Part shown: piece by piece, positions 12,836 to 26,340 of the stretch
Layout: each line of letters begins with the position of its first letter
Numbering within the stretch: position 1 is the stretch's first letter
Assembly (NCBI RefSeq): GCF_006345805.1
Contig: NC_043006.1
Location: 54,188,001-54,252,000 of the forward strand
Origin: Octopus sinensis
Taxonomy: Eukaryota
DNA length: 64,000 bases
Reading direction: 5' to 3'
Translations under genes and position numbers: made by a program
Notes under the pieces: model-generated
The model's input: the letters and a program-made list of their open reading frames with translations, nothing else
Told to the model about the DNA's origin: nothing
The model's database searches: none

Positions 12836-13999
12836 ACATTAATGCACATCCGTGCACACACACACACAGTACAGGTACCCTTAGTCTTTGAGGGTCTGCA
12901 AATTTGAAGAAGTATTCAAAGCATTCAAAAGCAGAATACACATGTGCATGCACATATCCATGTGGAACTCCAGAAGGAAATAAATGTGTGGCTACTTTGT
13001 TCTTGCTTGTCAAATTAATAATTTATCATTTATGTTTGCATTTATAAACCAATTCCTGAATTAGGAACAGCTAACTAAAAACTCATTAGTTCATCATTGC
13101 TAAATTCTTTTTTATGTTGCATGTGTGTGGGGGGAGAGAAAGAGAGTGTGTGTGTAAAATATACTTTGAGCTATACTTTCTACATAAAACATATTTTTTC
13201 TCTGTCACCCTCTTAATCTCTCTATTGCTCTCTCAATCAGTCACTCTTACCATTTTCCACCTCATTTCTCTCTCTCTCTTCCTTTTTCTCATATATATTA
13301 ATATATTAATGGGAGTGATATAGTGCAGTGATTTCAGTGAGGTGCATAATTCTCCCCCTCCCTCTATTGAGCCTCCAATGGGAACACAACTTGTTTATGT
13401 CCTAAAGGGATTGTCATGCTGTTAGTTTCTTCTCTAACATCAACAAGCCTTGTGTGCTCACACACAGGCACACACACACACTCACTCACTCACTCACATA
13501 CGCACACACACATTGTTAAGCCTCCATCTATACTTGAATGAAGGAAGGTTGTTTCTCTGTGAATGAGGCTCTGAGCAGTTCACACGGAGGGAAGAGGTGG
13601 TAGTAGTTTAGGATGAGGGACAGGCGCAGGGGTGGGGGAGTCGGCAGGCAATGAGAGAGGATGGTTTTTGTGTGTGTGCTGTGGAGAGGACATGGGAATG
13701 TAATGAGAGGGGGGTGGTTGTTGAGTTGAAGAGAGTGGTTGATGGTAGTGGTGGGTATGATGTTGATGGAGGTGGGGAATAAAAAAAAATACTCAACAAC
13801 CAACTAGCTAATCATTTTCAGCTAGGATACTTCCATTACTACCTGCCTTCTCCTTCATGAACTCTAGAAGGGACAGATTTTTCCAAAATTCTCTTTTGAT
13901 GATAACAGCGGCCTCCCCCCTCTCGCACCCCCCCCCAAAAAAAACTTAAGGGGGTTAGATGTTGTTGTTAGTAGGGGTAATAATTGAAGGTTTTAGTGC

Positions 14000-14460
14000 T
14001 AATATTTGTGGTGGACTGTGGTTGTGATAGCCTGGTGGTCTGGTGATTGTAGTCCAGTCCGAACTGGGTTACAGAATGAACTGTAGTGTCTGTGGTAGTG
14101 ATCATAGTGGCTTTTAGTTTTCCGTGGTGGTCTGGTGAGCAACTGTTATAATAGTAGCCAGTGGTAGCTACAGTGGTTGGGATTCTTGTAGAAGTAGTAG
14201 TGGTGGTGTGTAATGGTGTTGGTTTGTGGTCTGTTGTGCCTGTGGTGAGAGTAGTGGTATGGTGGACTGTAGTGTGGTCTGTGGTGGTGGCGATAGTGAT
14301 CTGAAGTAGTTGTAGTGGTAGTAGTTATAATAAGCAGCATGCAGTGGTTGGTGTGGTACTGAAGCTGGGTCATCAGGGATAACATTTGCTGAGGTAGTGG
14401 TACATAGATTAAGCGTCCTACATTAAATATTATTGTTGTTGTTGATGTCATTGCAGTGGA
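14000..14460. repeat. Degenerate (GTG/GTA)n low-complexity tract
   Basis: dense GTGGT/GTAGT; source of a spurious His/Thr-rich ORF. Confidence 0.8.
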
Positions 14461-15348
14461 AGTGGTTGTGGTTTTTGTATTTATGAGTTTTCATGGACTT
14501 AAGCCAAGTAGTCTAACTGGGCCTTGCTGTACTGATTGTACCCTCATTCCCTGCTGTTTATTGAGGTGGGTTGTCATGTGTGCTGTTAGATTTCTCACTT
14601 GGGGTGCTTCTTGTGATACTTCTGCTCATCCAGCACATCTAATCCATCTATCTACCACCACCACCACCACATTATCACCACCATCATCATCATCCATTTG
14701 AGTGGGGAAAGTAGAGGTGAAGGTGGAAGAAACTGGGTGTGTGGTATCTAAAGAGCCAGTAGATGGAGAAAACAGCAGTGATCTGTTTGTTGAACATGGC
14801 TGTACTTTAGCTGCAATGAGGTGGGAACCTACCTATTCACTCCTTCTTAACACAGTTTCTCTTTTAAACTTTAATGGGAGTTTTCACATGAAAAACAGGT
14901 TTGCACTCTCACTAGTGATTATAGTAACACTGCTATGTTATATACTGTCATTGTCAACTAGATTATTATTGTTGTATGTGTGTTTACTCTTGGCCGAATG
15001 TTGGATAGCTGCAGGTAAAACCCTGATCAAACAGACCCATAACATGCCAGTAGAGTCAATCACAACAACTAGGCTTGAACCAGAGGTCCACTGTAACAGA
15101 TATGTCATGCTTCAGCACTATACTACGCAATTCAGCAGACAAACAGCAGTTTCTTGCGATGGTGTGCAGTGTAACAGTCTGTTTTTGATGACATTGGCAT
15201 TAATAAAGCTTTGATGCAGCAGCTGTTTATGGATATATATATTATGGGTTTTATTTGTATTTCTTGACTGAGGATTAGTATTCTTCAGTGTTGTCATATG
15301 GGGTTGTTGTAGTGTTCTTGGAGTGTTGTATGTATACCTGTTTAGAAC

Positions 15349-15682
15349 TGCACAGGCATGACTGTGTGGTTAAGAAGCTTGCTTTGCAACCATGTGGTTT
15401 TTAGGTTCAGTCCCACTTAATGGGATCTTTGGCAAGTGTCTTCTGTGGCTTCAGGCCAATAAATGCCTTGTGAATGAATTTGATAGACAGAAACCATCAG
15501 GAAGCTCATTGTGTGTGTGTATGTGTGTCCTTCCCTCTACCACTTGATAACTGATGTTGGTTTGTTTATGTCCCCATAAACTTAACAGCTTCACAAAAGA
15601 CTGGCAGAATATGTACCGGGTTTAAGAAAATATGTTCTGAGGTTAATTTGTTCTACTAAACTCTTAAAGGTGATACCCCAGC
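15349..15682 (+). mobile_element. SINE family A
   Basis: GCACAGGCATGACTGTGTGGTTAAGAAGCTTGC...GGTTCAGTCCCAC...AAGGTGATACCCCAGC. Confidence 0.85.
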
Positions 15683-15954
15683 AAATCTGATGTCCAATGT
15701 TGGAATCAAGTAAATATAAAAAATATGAAAAATAAGTTAAACATGGAGGATGAGTAGATGGACTCTTATGGTGCTGTGTTGGAAAATTTACTGATTTTGG
15801 ATGTGCTGTTACTGTCAACCAACACTGGGTCATGTTTCTGTTGTTAAATATTCAATCAACAATCAAATGCATTGTTGATGATATTGATGTCATATTGCTA
15901 CATGTAGGAGATTTTGTTATTAAAACTGTCATGTGATATCCATCCATCAATTGT

Positions 15955-16118
15955 ATACTCAGTAAACTGGTGTGTTAGGAAGGGCATCCAGCTGTAGAAA
16001 CCAAGTCAAAACAGACATTGCGGCACAGTGCAGCTTTACATACAGCTCACCAGATCCTGTCAAACCATCAAACCCATGCCAGTATGGAAAACAGATATTA
16101 AATGCAGATAATTTTATT

Positions 16119-16150
<32 letters not shown>

Positions 16151-16325
16151 ATATTTATTGTTTATCATATTTGTTTCACTCATTGGGCTGCAGCCATGTA
16201 GGGGCATTTCTTTGAAGAGTTTAGCAAACCAAATCAATCCTAGTATTTTTCTTTTTAAAGTCTGGTCCTTATTCACAAAATTAGTTTTACAAAAACTTTC
16301 AGTCATACTCTTATTAGAAATGTTT
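15955..16325. mobile_element. Family C (+) and family A tail (-) separated by (TA)n
   Basis: GGTGTTAGGAAGGGCATCCAGC at about 15970; GCAGCCATGTAGGGGCA at about 16190. Confidence 0.7.
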
Positions 16326-18498
16326 CTACTGTGATTTTTTGTTTTTAAAGTTGTGGCTTCTACTAATGTCTGGAGAAGTGTTGTTAGTTTGAGGAAGATA
16401 GTGGGTATATTATGTATGTTGTTTATAAAAGAGAGGGAGTTTAGTTGTGATACTGTTGTGTAATCTTACATGTTATCTGTATTGTTTTTATTTCATCATG
16501 TGTTGTCTTCATTGATATCTTTTCTGATTGTGTTTGGGAGAGCATTTAAATAATATGATGATGAAAATGTATAGTCGATAATATTAGTCTGTCAAACCTG
16601 TCATCACACATATGTATGTGCAGATACACGTATACAACAAATTCAGATGAGGCCTTAATTGAATGTATGTGCTGATGGTATTTATATAGTGCAGTGTACT
16701 TTTTTGAATGCTAGACATCATCTTCAATTCCAGCCGTCATTTATGAAGTTTTAAAACACATGCACACTGCTAAGGTGTAGGCGTAGCTGTGTAGTTAAGA
16801 AGCTCATTTCCCAACTACATAGTTACAGGTATGGCACTTAGGAGAAATTCTTGTAAGTGGATTTGGTAGATTGGAAATTGAAAGAAGTCCTCTGTGTGGT
16901 GTGTGTGTGTGTCTTCAGGTTTCTTTGTTTTGGCATTGCATAAAAGTCATGAGTGTCACTGTCATACAAGCTGTTTCATTCATTTCCAATATTCTGCGTG
17001 TACATGACTGGCCACAGAGAAATATTACTTTGCTTTGAAATGGTGAGGGTTTATGACTGTAAGAGCATCTGCACAATCTGCTACAATAATCTCCATCTCA
17101 CCCATACAAAAATAGAGAAATGGGCATAAAATTAATACTTGTCTGTGCACGAGTCAGTTAGAAATCTGCTACATAGTCAATTAACATGGGAGAAATAACA
17201 CCCAAATCTCTTCAAGTCATGTTGTAAATAAGGACATTTTAAATACGATACCCTATGGGATGGTCAAGTCTAGAATGTCTCAAGATGGACTAGACAGTTT
17301 TGATCAGATGGTGCTAAAATGTGTTACATAATGTCATCAAAGTAGGGTTTATATCATTAATGACAACCTACTTTATAAGAATTCTACTAGGAGGTCTTTG
17401 ATGTGTGATGGGAATTCCTACAGTTAACCTGTAACTAAGTAAACTGAGATGAACAGTAATACACACACACGCACACACACACAGATGGGGTATATTTTAA
17501 ATGCTAAACAAATATTTTTTAAATAAATGAAGATATGCTCATTTGGTTGGTTTTAGAATAAATATGTTCTGTATTAGTTTTGTTTTATTTAGTTTTTAGT
17601 TGAGAGGAACAGTTCTATTCCCCCATACTATGAAAATGTTTTCTATAATATAACAAGAAATGGGGGGGGGGGAGAGCACTAGTTAAGAAATATATCTGAT
17701 GCGGGTCTGGTTTTAATATTGGGTTGAAAACTATTGAATGTTAGTAGTAATGCACTGTTGACTGGTAGAGAGAAGGAGTAGTAGTACAGTACAGGGGCTG
17801 TTATTATAGGCAAGGTATTGGACATTTTGGGTCTCCTACAGAATTCTAGGTAAATAAATACAGGTGTGTGGTAAATTGATAAGTGATGTGAGTTTTTATT
17901 ATTGGGGTGCAAGAGGCAGAGGGAAAATAAAGCGACAGTTTGATCGTGGGTAAAAGCGATAGTTGTTGTTGCTGTTGTTTTAAGTTCAGTCAGGTTTATT
18001 TGAGCAGATGTATATAGTATGTGAGCAACCAGTAACGAAACTTGTGGTTTAATCCAGAGACCCAATGAGCAAGAGTTTGATAGCTTGAGAAGTTTAGTTA
18101 GAAATACTTTTACTGTAAAGGTGATGTCTGATCCAAATACCTCATGACTAATGCTGTGTGTGAGAGAGAGAGATAATATGATCCTTTACTAGGTCCCTGA
18201 GACTGTTGGAATGGATACAGGGAAGAAGGTATCCTCAAACCAGTGGCCTGGCCTGGCTGCTTGTAAATGTATGGGATTTGGTTAAAGGCACCCAATGTCC
18301 AGGTGGTGGTTTTATAATATGTTGACCAATACTAAAATGAGATATTCTTAGCCATATTTAAGATGTGGGGTTTTCAGTAGAGGGTATTGTAATAGTTCTT
18401 GTTGTTCTGATCAGCCCTAATCCAACAGACCTATGAATGTTTTCTTTTCTCTTCAGACACATTGTGTCTAAGATTATGTTATGCAATATGCCCTATTT

Positions 18499-18724
18499 TT
18501 AATCTTTCAACATTCACATTATTCTCTCAAAAGTAATGTTTATTTATTCACATGATTTAAAATTAATCATGCATTATTTTGTAGCTTTGAGATTTTGATA
18601 AGGTAACTTAATTTTTAGAATGATATTGTAGCATTGGTGTAAGAGTCCAGATCTGGTCAGTTTGAACATAAAACAGATAGAATATTTTGGTTGGATCTTG
18701 CCAATTTAAATGCTAAGACAGTAA
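18499..18724 (-). mobile_element. piggyBac MITE family 1, diverged
   Basis: reverse complement of the 47030/50112 copies, e.g. CAGATCTGGTCAGTTTGAACATAAAACAG. Confidence 0.75.
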
Positions 18725-19004
18725 GGCCTGATTTAAGAGAGATTTTGGGCTCAGGGAATTATGAAAGCTGCTGGAGATATGCAGTTATATAATATATACA
18801 ATCATATTACACATATAAGAGTTTAATGGAAGATGCTATTTGGCTAAATTTGTTGCTTCTTAGCCCCCAAGTCAGCCCTGATTGAACAGACCTATGATCA
18901 AAAGTTTTCCTACCCTGACCATTTCATCTTATTTTAAAGACAGCAGAGAATGATCTGAGGAAATTTGGCTGCTGATCCAAGTAGATCAAGTGATTATATA
19001 AATG

Positions 19005-19167
19005 TTCCCACATTGACTAATTGAAGATATATGATGTTAGCAAGAAGTGATGTATATATATATATGTTGCTTCTTGGGTTCATTGAAGATATGGTAACAG
19101 CAAGAGGTGATGTATAGATATTCCCTCGTTGGCTCATTGAGAACATGGTGTTAGCAAGAGGTGATGG
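19005..19167. repeat. Degenerate minisatellite, 3 units of about 52-62 bp
   Basis: each unit contains ATTGA(A)GA...TG...AGCAAGA(A/G)GTGATG. Confidence 0.75.
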
Positions 19168-20186
19168 AAACAGTTCATGTTGGTATGCAGACTATGATGT
19201 TTCAAGTGCTATGCTGTTCGTGGGAAAATAAGAAAGCTGCATGGAACAGTTTTAATAGGACATCACATTTGAAATTATGCTAAGTTTTTCACAAAACATT
19301 CTTGACATTAACAGTGGATCACATTAGTTATTGAAATATTGAACTACCATTGATTTTGGTAATATGTATTGTTATACAAAAATGTGGGGGATGTCTCTAA
19401 ATTCTTGTCTCATTTTAGCACTGTTGTTATATCATGATCTTTTCAGAAGTCACCTAGGAAGCGGTATTTCTTATTCTGTATCTGAAAATCTTTCTTATCA
19501 GATGTCAGCTTTCTCATCATGAGTGAAATATAAACTTCCTGCTATTTTGATATTATCGTTAAAGAAACAAACCTCTAACTTAGTTATTTTTTTACAGAAA
19601 TAACATTATGAGCGTTATTAAAGTTCTATATTTCTGCAATTTACTTTGCTGACATCTGATGCTTACTTTCCAAAGAAACATAAGGATGGGAGGAATAGCA
19701 TCAAATATTATACATACATACTAAATGTAAAAGCAACAAAATGTTTAAATAAATGTTTTTTCAATAATTAATCCTGTACAGACATTGGCGGCGGGGGTGG
19801 CAGCAGTGAGGGATCTGACATTGGCTTTAATGATCCAGTTGTTTATAAAATAATTATAACTTTGGTAATGAAACAGAATATATATGAGTAGTAAAATTAC
19901 GTTATGGGGCTGACATTTTTCTACCAATGATAAACTATTTTAAAGTCTGTAGGGTAGTATTTGAGGGAAATCTGGTTGCTATTTTTGGCAAGTCAAGTGA
20001 TTGCCACAGACAGTTCCACATTTCTAACATTGATTCAGGTTATTACACTCAATCACTGCTCTCAAACCTGACATAGTAATGGCTGCATGAACAAAAATTT
20101 GCACATAGCGGTCTAACCATTATCAACATGGGCATATCTGTCAACTACATTTCCTGCTATCTGATCATACAAGAATATATTCAACA

Positions 20187-20402
20187 TTAAACCCCTCTCT
20201 GGCCTAAATATTCTACCTGTTTTATGTTCAAACCAACCAGATCTGGTCTCTCACACCTAGCCTATAATGTCATTCTAAAAATAAACAATCACATCATTGA
20301 AATCTTGGCGCTATGAGATGATGCATGATTAATTCAAAACAATGGGAATACAAAAGCACTACATTCAACAGAGTAATCTGAATACAAAAGGATAGTGGTT
20401 AA
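20187..20402 (+). mobile_element. piggyBac MITE family 1, diverged ends
   Basis: TATTCTACCTGTTTTATGTTCAAACC...TCTCACACCTAG...AATCTGAATAC. Confidence 0.75.
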
Positions 20403-20829
20403 CAACTTACATAGGCCACCATGTCTATGTAAAGTGCAAGTGCAACATTTCCAGGACCTGCAGTTTCTCTGATGAAGTACCAGAGACATCCATACACTCA
20501 CCCACTCTTTTCATGAACTTTCCACAAAATATAGGTACAGCCCTGTATACAGATGCAATCAAACTCATATCCCCCCCCCACCTTACTTCAAATACCACTG
20601 CACAACACTGTGCCTTACTAAAATTACCTTGAAATTTGGTTCCACAACAAAAGATTTAAAGTAGTCTTTACTAAATCTACTGTCTTCCTTGCTACCTGCA
20701 ACACTGCAGAACATCACATACTACTGCCCACACACTCAGCAGTCACACACACCTAAGACAATAGTACTAGGAGTTAGGATATGTCTCTGATACTATGTGT
20801 CCCAAGAACATATAATATATGGTAAAGGA

Positions 20830-21050
20830 AGTAAAACTGCACTAACACGTACTTAAAGCATTCACAATTTTTAAATGTACCCAGTAGAAGGAAGACCAAC
20901 AACAGTAGTGTGAAAACAAAACATTAGATCCATCATGATATGCTAGTCCTACCTGGGCCACCAGTTGCTCTACAGAAAACTACATCATAATAGGTTATGA
21001 ACAGACCATCTTACACAACAAAACAAAAATACTAAAGGTTTTACTAAAGG
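20830..21050 (+). mobile_element. I/Jockey-type LINE remnant, post-RT region
   Basis: frameshifted reading HVLKAF...IRSIM/YASPTWA resembles ILKAL...IRSI.EYA.P.W. Confidence 0.5.
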
Positions 21051-21734
21051 GTACAGTTTGTTGTTACATCATGGTTTAACTACCATTCCAGACACACACA
21101 CACAAAAAAAACTGTCTGGATTGTCACACTGTACTCTATATGATTCATAACTGAAAATATTATATGAAATAAACAGGCAGAAATAACTGAAAAAGGGACA
21201 AGAGATAGAGAGAGGAAAGGAAGAGATATCTGGAAAGTCAGTGCTGTACATGTAGTGGAACTGAAATAGTGGAATTGAGATTTTGAGGAAGAATAATGAG
21301 TTGTGTGATCCTCAGCTCAACAAAAATATTGTATAATTGAGACGTACTTGGAGATCATGTTTTGTCATTTTGCTGACAACCTGTGTGCAGTATCATTGCT
21401 CAGTCAGTTTGACCTGGGTCTAAACAACTCTATCATACAACTGATATAGCAGTGTTGTATTTAGTCCTCATGAAACAGACTTATGGTCAAAGGCCAAAGG
21501 TATTCCAGGTGTGACCATCCCATCTTTTTTAGCAGTATCAAGTAGAACATCATTTAGGGTTTATTAGGTCCTGAATTAGGGTACAATAGAATTGTGAGAA
21601 GGTTGTGAAACAGTTGTTTCTTATTTAAAATATTTGATAAAATGTAAAACATTCACAAAGCTGTTACCCATGTATGAGCAATGTTTACTGCTCACAAAAA
21701 TGGAGGAATATTTCACTTAAAGAAAAGATCTGGT

Positions 21735-22293
21735 TGTTTTCTTTTTCTGAACTTCTAAGTTATGGAAACATAACCAATCCAACACCAGTTGTCAAGAGGT
21801 GATAGAGTAGTAACACAAGGCACACACATACATACACACACGTGTGTGTGCATGTACACATACGCACACACACACTCACACGAAGGACTTCCTCATAGTT
21901 ACTTATTTCTTTTATTGCCCACAAGAGGCTAAACATAGAGGGGACAAACAAGGACAGACAAAGGGATTAAGTCAATTACATTGACCCCAGTGTGTAACTG
22001 GTATTTAATTTATCAACTCCGAAAGGATGAAAGGCAAAATCGACCATGACAGAATTTGAACCCAGAACATGAAGACAGACATAATACCGCTAAGCATTTC
22101 ACCCGGTGTGCTAACGTTTCTACCAGCTTGCCACCTTATAACTTCCTCATAGTTTCTGTCTACCAAATTCACTCACATGGCATTGGTTAGCTTGGAGTTA
22201 TAAAAAATATTTCCCCAAGGTGCTGCATAGTGGAACTGAACTCAAAAGCACATGATTGCAAAACATGCATATTAACCGCACAGTCTTGCCTGC
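21735..22293 (-). mobile_element. SINE family A interrupted by a family D SINE
   Basis: tail part at 21735-21900, head part at 22141-22293. Confidence 0.8.
21901..22140 (-). mobile_element. SINE family D, full length, 14-bp TSD
   Basis: minus strand GGCAAGCTGGTAGAAACGTTAGC...GGGTTCAAATTC...CCTTTCATCCTTTCGGAGTTGATAAA...AATAAAAGAAATAAGT; ACTTCCTCATAGTT at 21887-21900 and 22141-22154. Confidence 0.9.
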
Positions 22294-23597
22294 ATTTATT
22301 GGAATACCTTTTTTAAAAAGCTGCAGAAGATTATTGATTTGTCAGAGTGGGACATAGTGGTAAAAGTTTGAGAACTGAATGAAGTTACCACAACAGGATA
22401 AAAAAAAAAAGTGCCATGATCACCAGACCCCATGGCGAAGTGATTAGCTGGTCTCAACAGGGTTGGATTGACTATTAGCATTCCAACCCTTCATAATTAT
22501 CAAGACCCCATTGGGTTAACATCTAATTCCTATTCAGTAAGCTACTACCCACTGGTTCCTTCATCTATCAGACTCCCTATTAAGTTGAAGTTTCAAGAGA
22601 GTTGTGTATTACTTACTAATCTTCCATAACTAACACACATTAAGAGCTACAATGTAGTACCTTATGACTGGCCTCTCTCTCTCACACACGTGTGCTTTAA
22701 TTGATGCCTCTAATTGATATGTATGTCAATGTGAGATATTTCATTTAAAAAAAAATCTAGATCGTTATTACTCTTTTAAAATCTGTTACATTTTCACTTG
22801 AGTACTCGTTTATAATTAAGACATGCGTGCACACAAAAACACCTGCTTGCATGTGCACAAAACATTAGAAATTAATACATTCTGAGAACAAAATAAAATT
22901 GTTACCAGGGTTACTGTTATTTATTATTTCATCATCCAATGTAACAAATGGAATAAATAAATGAATATCATTTGATCTGCAAAAAATATATTTTCCTGTT
23001 GATAACATGTCACATGTTATAGTGTTGATTTGTACACATAAGCATTGTTTTGTAAACAAAGTGAGAGTTAAGTTGTAATCACAGTTGTTTGTAAACATAC
23101 CAAGGTTTGTTTTGTAAACAATGTTGTCATAAACAAACGATGAGATATTTTCTTCTTATATTACATTCATCATCATCATTATTGTTGTCGTTTTAACATT
23201 CACTTCTCTATATTTGCATAGGTCAGACAAAACTTATTGAACATAACTGTGACTATTTATTCTTTTCATCAAAACCCCTTTTCTATTTCCCAAGTAAGGT
23301 AATATTGCCCCTATCCCTTTGGACAACCAGCTCAGTGGCTGGATATGCAGAAGGTTGCAGAAGGACGTACAGAAAGTTTGTAAAAAGAAAATTGCATAAT
23401 TTTACAATTGTTTGTTTACAGTTGAGTGTGTACATGTAAACACAAGCACACATGCAAAATTTTTAATGAAAGAACTTATGGATAGGTGTTTCTTTCAAAC
23501 TTTCATTTCATACTTCAAAAAATATTCAGACTATGGATATTCAAACAACAACCAGGCTCATTTTACCAGCTGATGACTGGAAATGAGCAACTCTAAA

Positions 23598-23745
23598 TTG
23601 TGGAAATCCAAACCTTTTCCCAACCACATTGTTCTAGGTTCAGCCCCACTGTATGGCACCTTGGGCAAGTTTCTTCTTCTATAGTGTTGGGCCGACCAAA
23701 GCCTTGTGAGTAGATTTGGTAGACAGAAACTGAAAGAAGCCTGTC

Positions 23746-23809
<64 letters not shown>

Positions 23810-24877
23810 GGTCATCTCATAAATAATGCAGTTTTTTCAATTGCATGAACTAAATGTCTGAGAAGGACAGGATAAACTACCTGCATCAACTTGCTATAAA
23901 AACAGGTATTAATTTTACCCTGTATTTATTCTTAGTGCAAGTTTTGAAGAGTACAGTTATTTTTTCAAAGCTATAATGGAAGTGACAAAGGAGCATATTT
24001 TGCTTTATGAGTTCAATAAAGGCAACAATGCAATGGAAAGTGGAAGGAATTTTAATGCAGTATATGGAGTCAGTGTCAATGGTAGTTCCAGAAACTACAG
24101 CCTAGATGATGAGCCTTGTCCTGGAAGATCTGTAGAGCTTGAAGTGGACATCCTGCAAACTCTGGTAAAACAAAATCCCTTCGTAACTGTTGAGGAAGTT
24201 ATGGAGAAGCTTGGATTTGGTCATTCAACCATTCATCGACACCTGTGCTACAAGAAAAACAACCATCTTTGGTTTCAAGGCAGAAGGTGAGGATGACATT
24301 CCAAAGGCTGGAGCAATTTGGATAGGAAACAATACCCCACCCACCATATTCGCCAGACATTGCCCCATCTGATTATCATTTATTCTGCAGTTTTCAAAAT
24401 CATTTGGATGGAAAAAATATGAATTCTGTAGATGAGGTCAGAACAGTACTGGAGGAGTATTTGTTGTCACAGACAAGTGCACTTTGGAAGAGGGGCCTTG
24501 TAAATCTACCAGATAGGTGGAATAGCATTGTAGGAAATGAATGAGAGTATATTTTAGATTAAAAAAGAACTTTGTTTATCTTAATTTTGAAAAATAAAAG
24601 GAGTTATAAAAAAACACATTATTTATGGGATGACCCAATATATATTTTTGTGCGCGTGTGTGTGGCTTTGTGTCTGTGTTTGTCCCCCCACTATCTCTTG
24701 ACAACTGATGTTGGTGCATTTATGTCCCCTCTAAGTTAGCGGATTGGCAAAAGAGACCAAAAGAATAAGTACTAAGCTTACAAAGAATAAGTCCTGGGGT
24801 AGATTTCTTTGACTAAAACGCTTTAAGGTGGTACTCCAGCATGGCCACAATTAAATAACTGAAACAAATAAAAGAAT
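23598..24877 (+). mobile_element. SINE family A split by a mariner insertion
   Basis: head at 23598-23750, (TA)n, then mariner; body and tail resume at 24641-24877. Confidence 0.85.
23804..24640 (+). mobile_element. Internally deleted mariner transposon with both TIRs
   Basis: TATTGGGGTCATCTCATAAATAATG at 23804 vs CATTATTTATGGGATGACCCAATA ending at 24640; N-terminus MEVTKEHILLYEFNKG...HSTIHRHL; C-terminus PHPPYSPDIAPSDYHLF...GLVNLPDRW; central catalytic region missing. Confidence 0.92.
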
Positions 24878-25927
24878 TTGTATTGATTCTTCTAATTTAT
24901 CACTTCTGGTGAATCAAAAGAGATATAAATGTTCTTAAATCAAAAATTATCAATTACATAAATATTTTTTTAATTAATAATTTTTGAGAAAATCTTTTTT
25001 CAAAAAGTCAATGTATCAAGAAATTTTTCTGAAAGCCTTATATAAGTGTAGCTTTGTGGTACAAAGTTTGCTTCCCAAACATAATTCTGGGTTCAGACTC
25101 TCTTACATGGCACCTTGGGCAAGTGTCTTCTAGTATAGCCTTAGGCTAACCAAATTCCTGGTTGATGGAAACTGGAAGAAGCCCTTACTAAAACAAATAA
25201 ACGATAGAAGATATTATGCACATGCGCACACACACACACACACACCCTGGCATGGCCATCTGTTCTTGTTGAACTGTCCAACCCATGCCAACATGGAAAA
25301 AGTGATGGTAAAAGATGATGAAACTATTACTACTACTACTACGAACAATCCAAATTGTTTCTATCTTTCCTGTGAAATATCCGTTGCAACAATAATTGAT
25401 TATATCTCTGACAGACTTCCATCGACCAAATTTCACCCACATGGCATTGGTCAACTCATAGCCATTATAGAAGATGCTGGCCAACAGTCCAAGCAGTAGC
25501 AAGAAACCCTTAATCACCAGAACTTTCTAACCAGAAATTTAGAGGAGCAGTATAATTAATTCTCTAGTTCTCATTTTATTGCATGGGTGTGTTATTCAGG
25601 ATGGAATGACACATAGGGAGAATCGTTATATATAACATCAACTTTGATAGAGTTTAGCTCAGAATATGAAGTGATGTAACCAAACACTACAAGATGACGC
25701 TTTATTAATTCTTCCACTCTCCTTCTCCATTGATATAAATAATTATGATCATCAAGGCAATTTTGCCGGTGCCACTTCCTTCATTAGATTGTCTGTTAAT
25801 CCACTCACATACATTCCACCTGAAAGTTCTTCCTATGCTTTGGGAAACTGTAAATTTCATTGTTCGTGTAATGTTATTTTTTTTCCTCTCTGACATCATA
25901 AAAGTGATAATGGGTCAGAGAGGAAAC

Positions 25928-26299
25928 TTATTACCTCTGCCTTAGCGAAGGCAGAGGTATTGTTTTCAGTTGTGTTTGTTTGTTTGTCTGTGGACAAGAT
26001 ATCTCAAGAACCACTGGATGAATTTGGATGAAACTTTCAGGGATGTTTAGCCTCGTGACTGGCACGAACTGATTAGATTTTGGGATTGATCTGATACTGG
26101 ACAAGGATTCTGGATTATTTTTCCTGTTTACTTTACTTAAATTTTTGAGAGTGGTCAGGTTCATTTTTAGTATTCTCGTTTGTGAGAGCAGTCTAGTTTA
26201 TTTCAGATATTCTCATTTTAAAAATCATCTTTGGCTAATTATTGAGAGGACATTGGTGTTGCCTTGGCAGAGGTTTGTGCTCACTGAGTGCTCTTGTTT
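25928..26299 (+). mobile_element. Non-autonomous Helentron-associated (HINE/DINE-1-like) element
   Basis: 5' hairpin ACCTCTGCC-TTAGCGAA-GGCAGAGGT, (GTTT)n, 3' subterminal GGCAGAGGT followed by palindrome CACTGAGTG, T-rich flanks. Confidence 0.7.
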
Positions 26300-26340
26300 A
26301 TGAAACAAATTCAGTCCACTCAAGAGTTTTAACATTGTAC

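Noticed and set aside
12468-13013. 181-aa ORF, the longest in the track
   Set aside because: It reads through SINE fragments and CA repeats on the antisense strand
14389-14410. let-7-like TGAGGTAGT
   Set aside because: The rest does not match, there is no evident hairpin, and it lies in a low-complexity tract
14702-15214. 170-aa ORF
   Set aside because: Non-ATG start, no recognisable domain, no supporting splice structure
17679-18300. Possible LINE endonuclease remnant (LGAFN, FGSD)
   Set aside because: Motifs are too degraded to call
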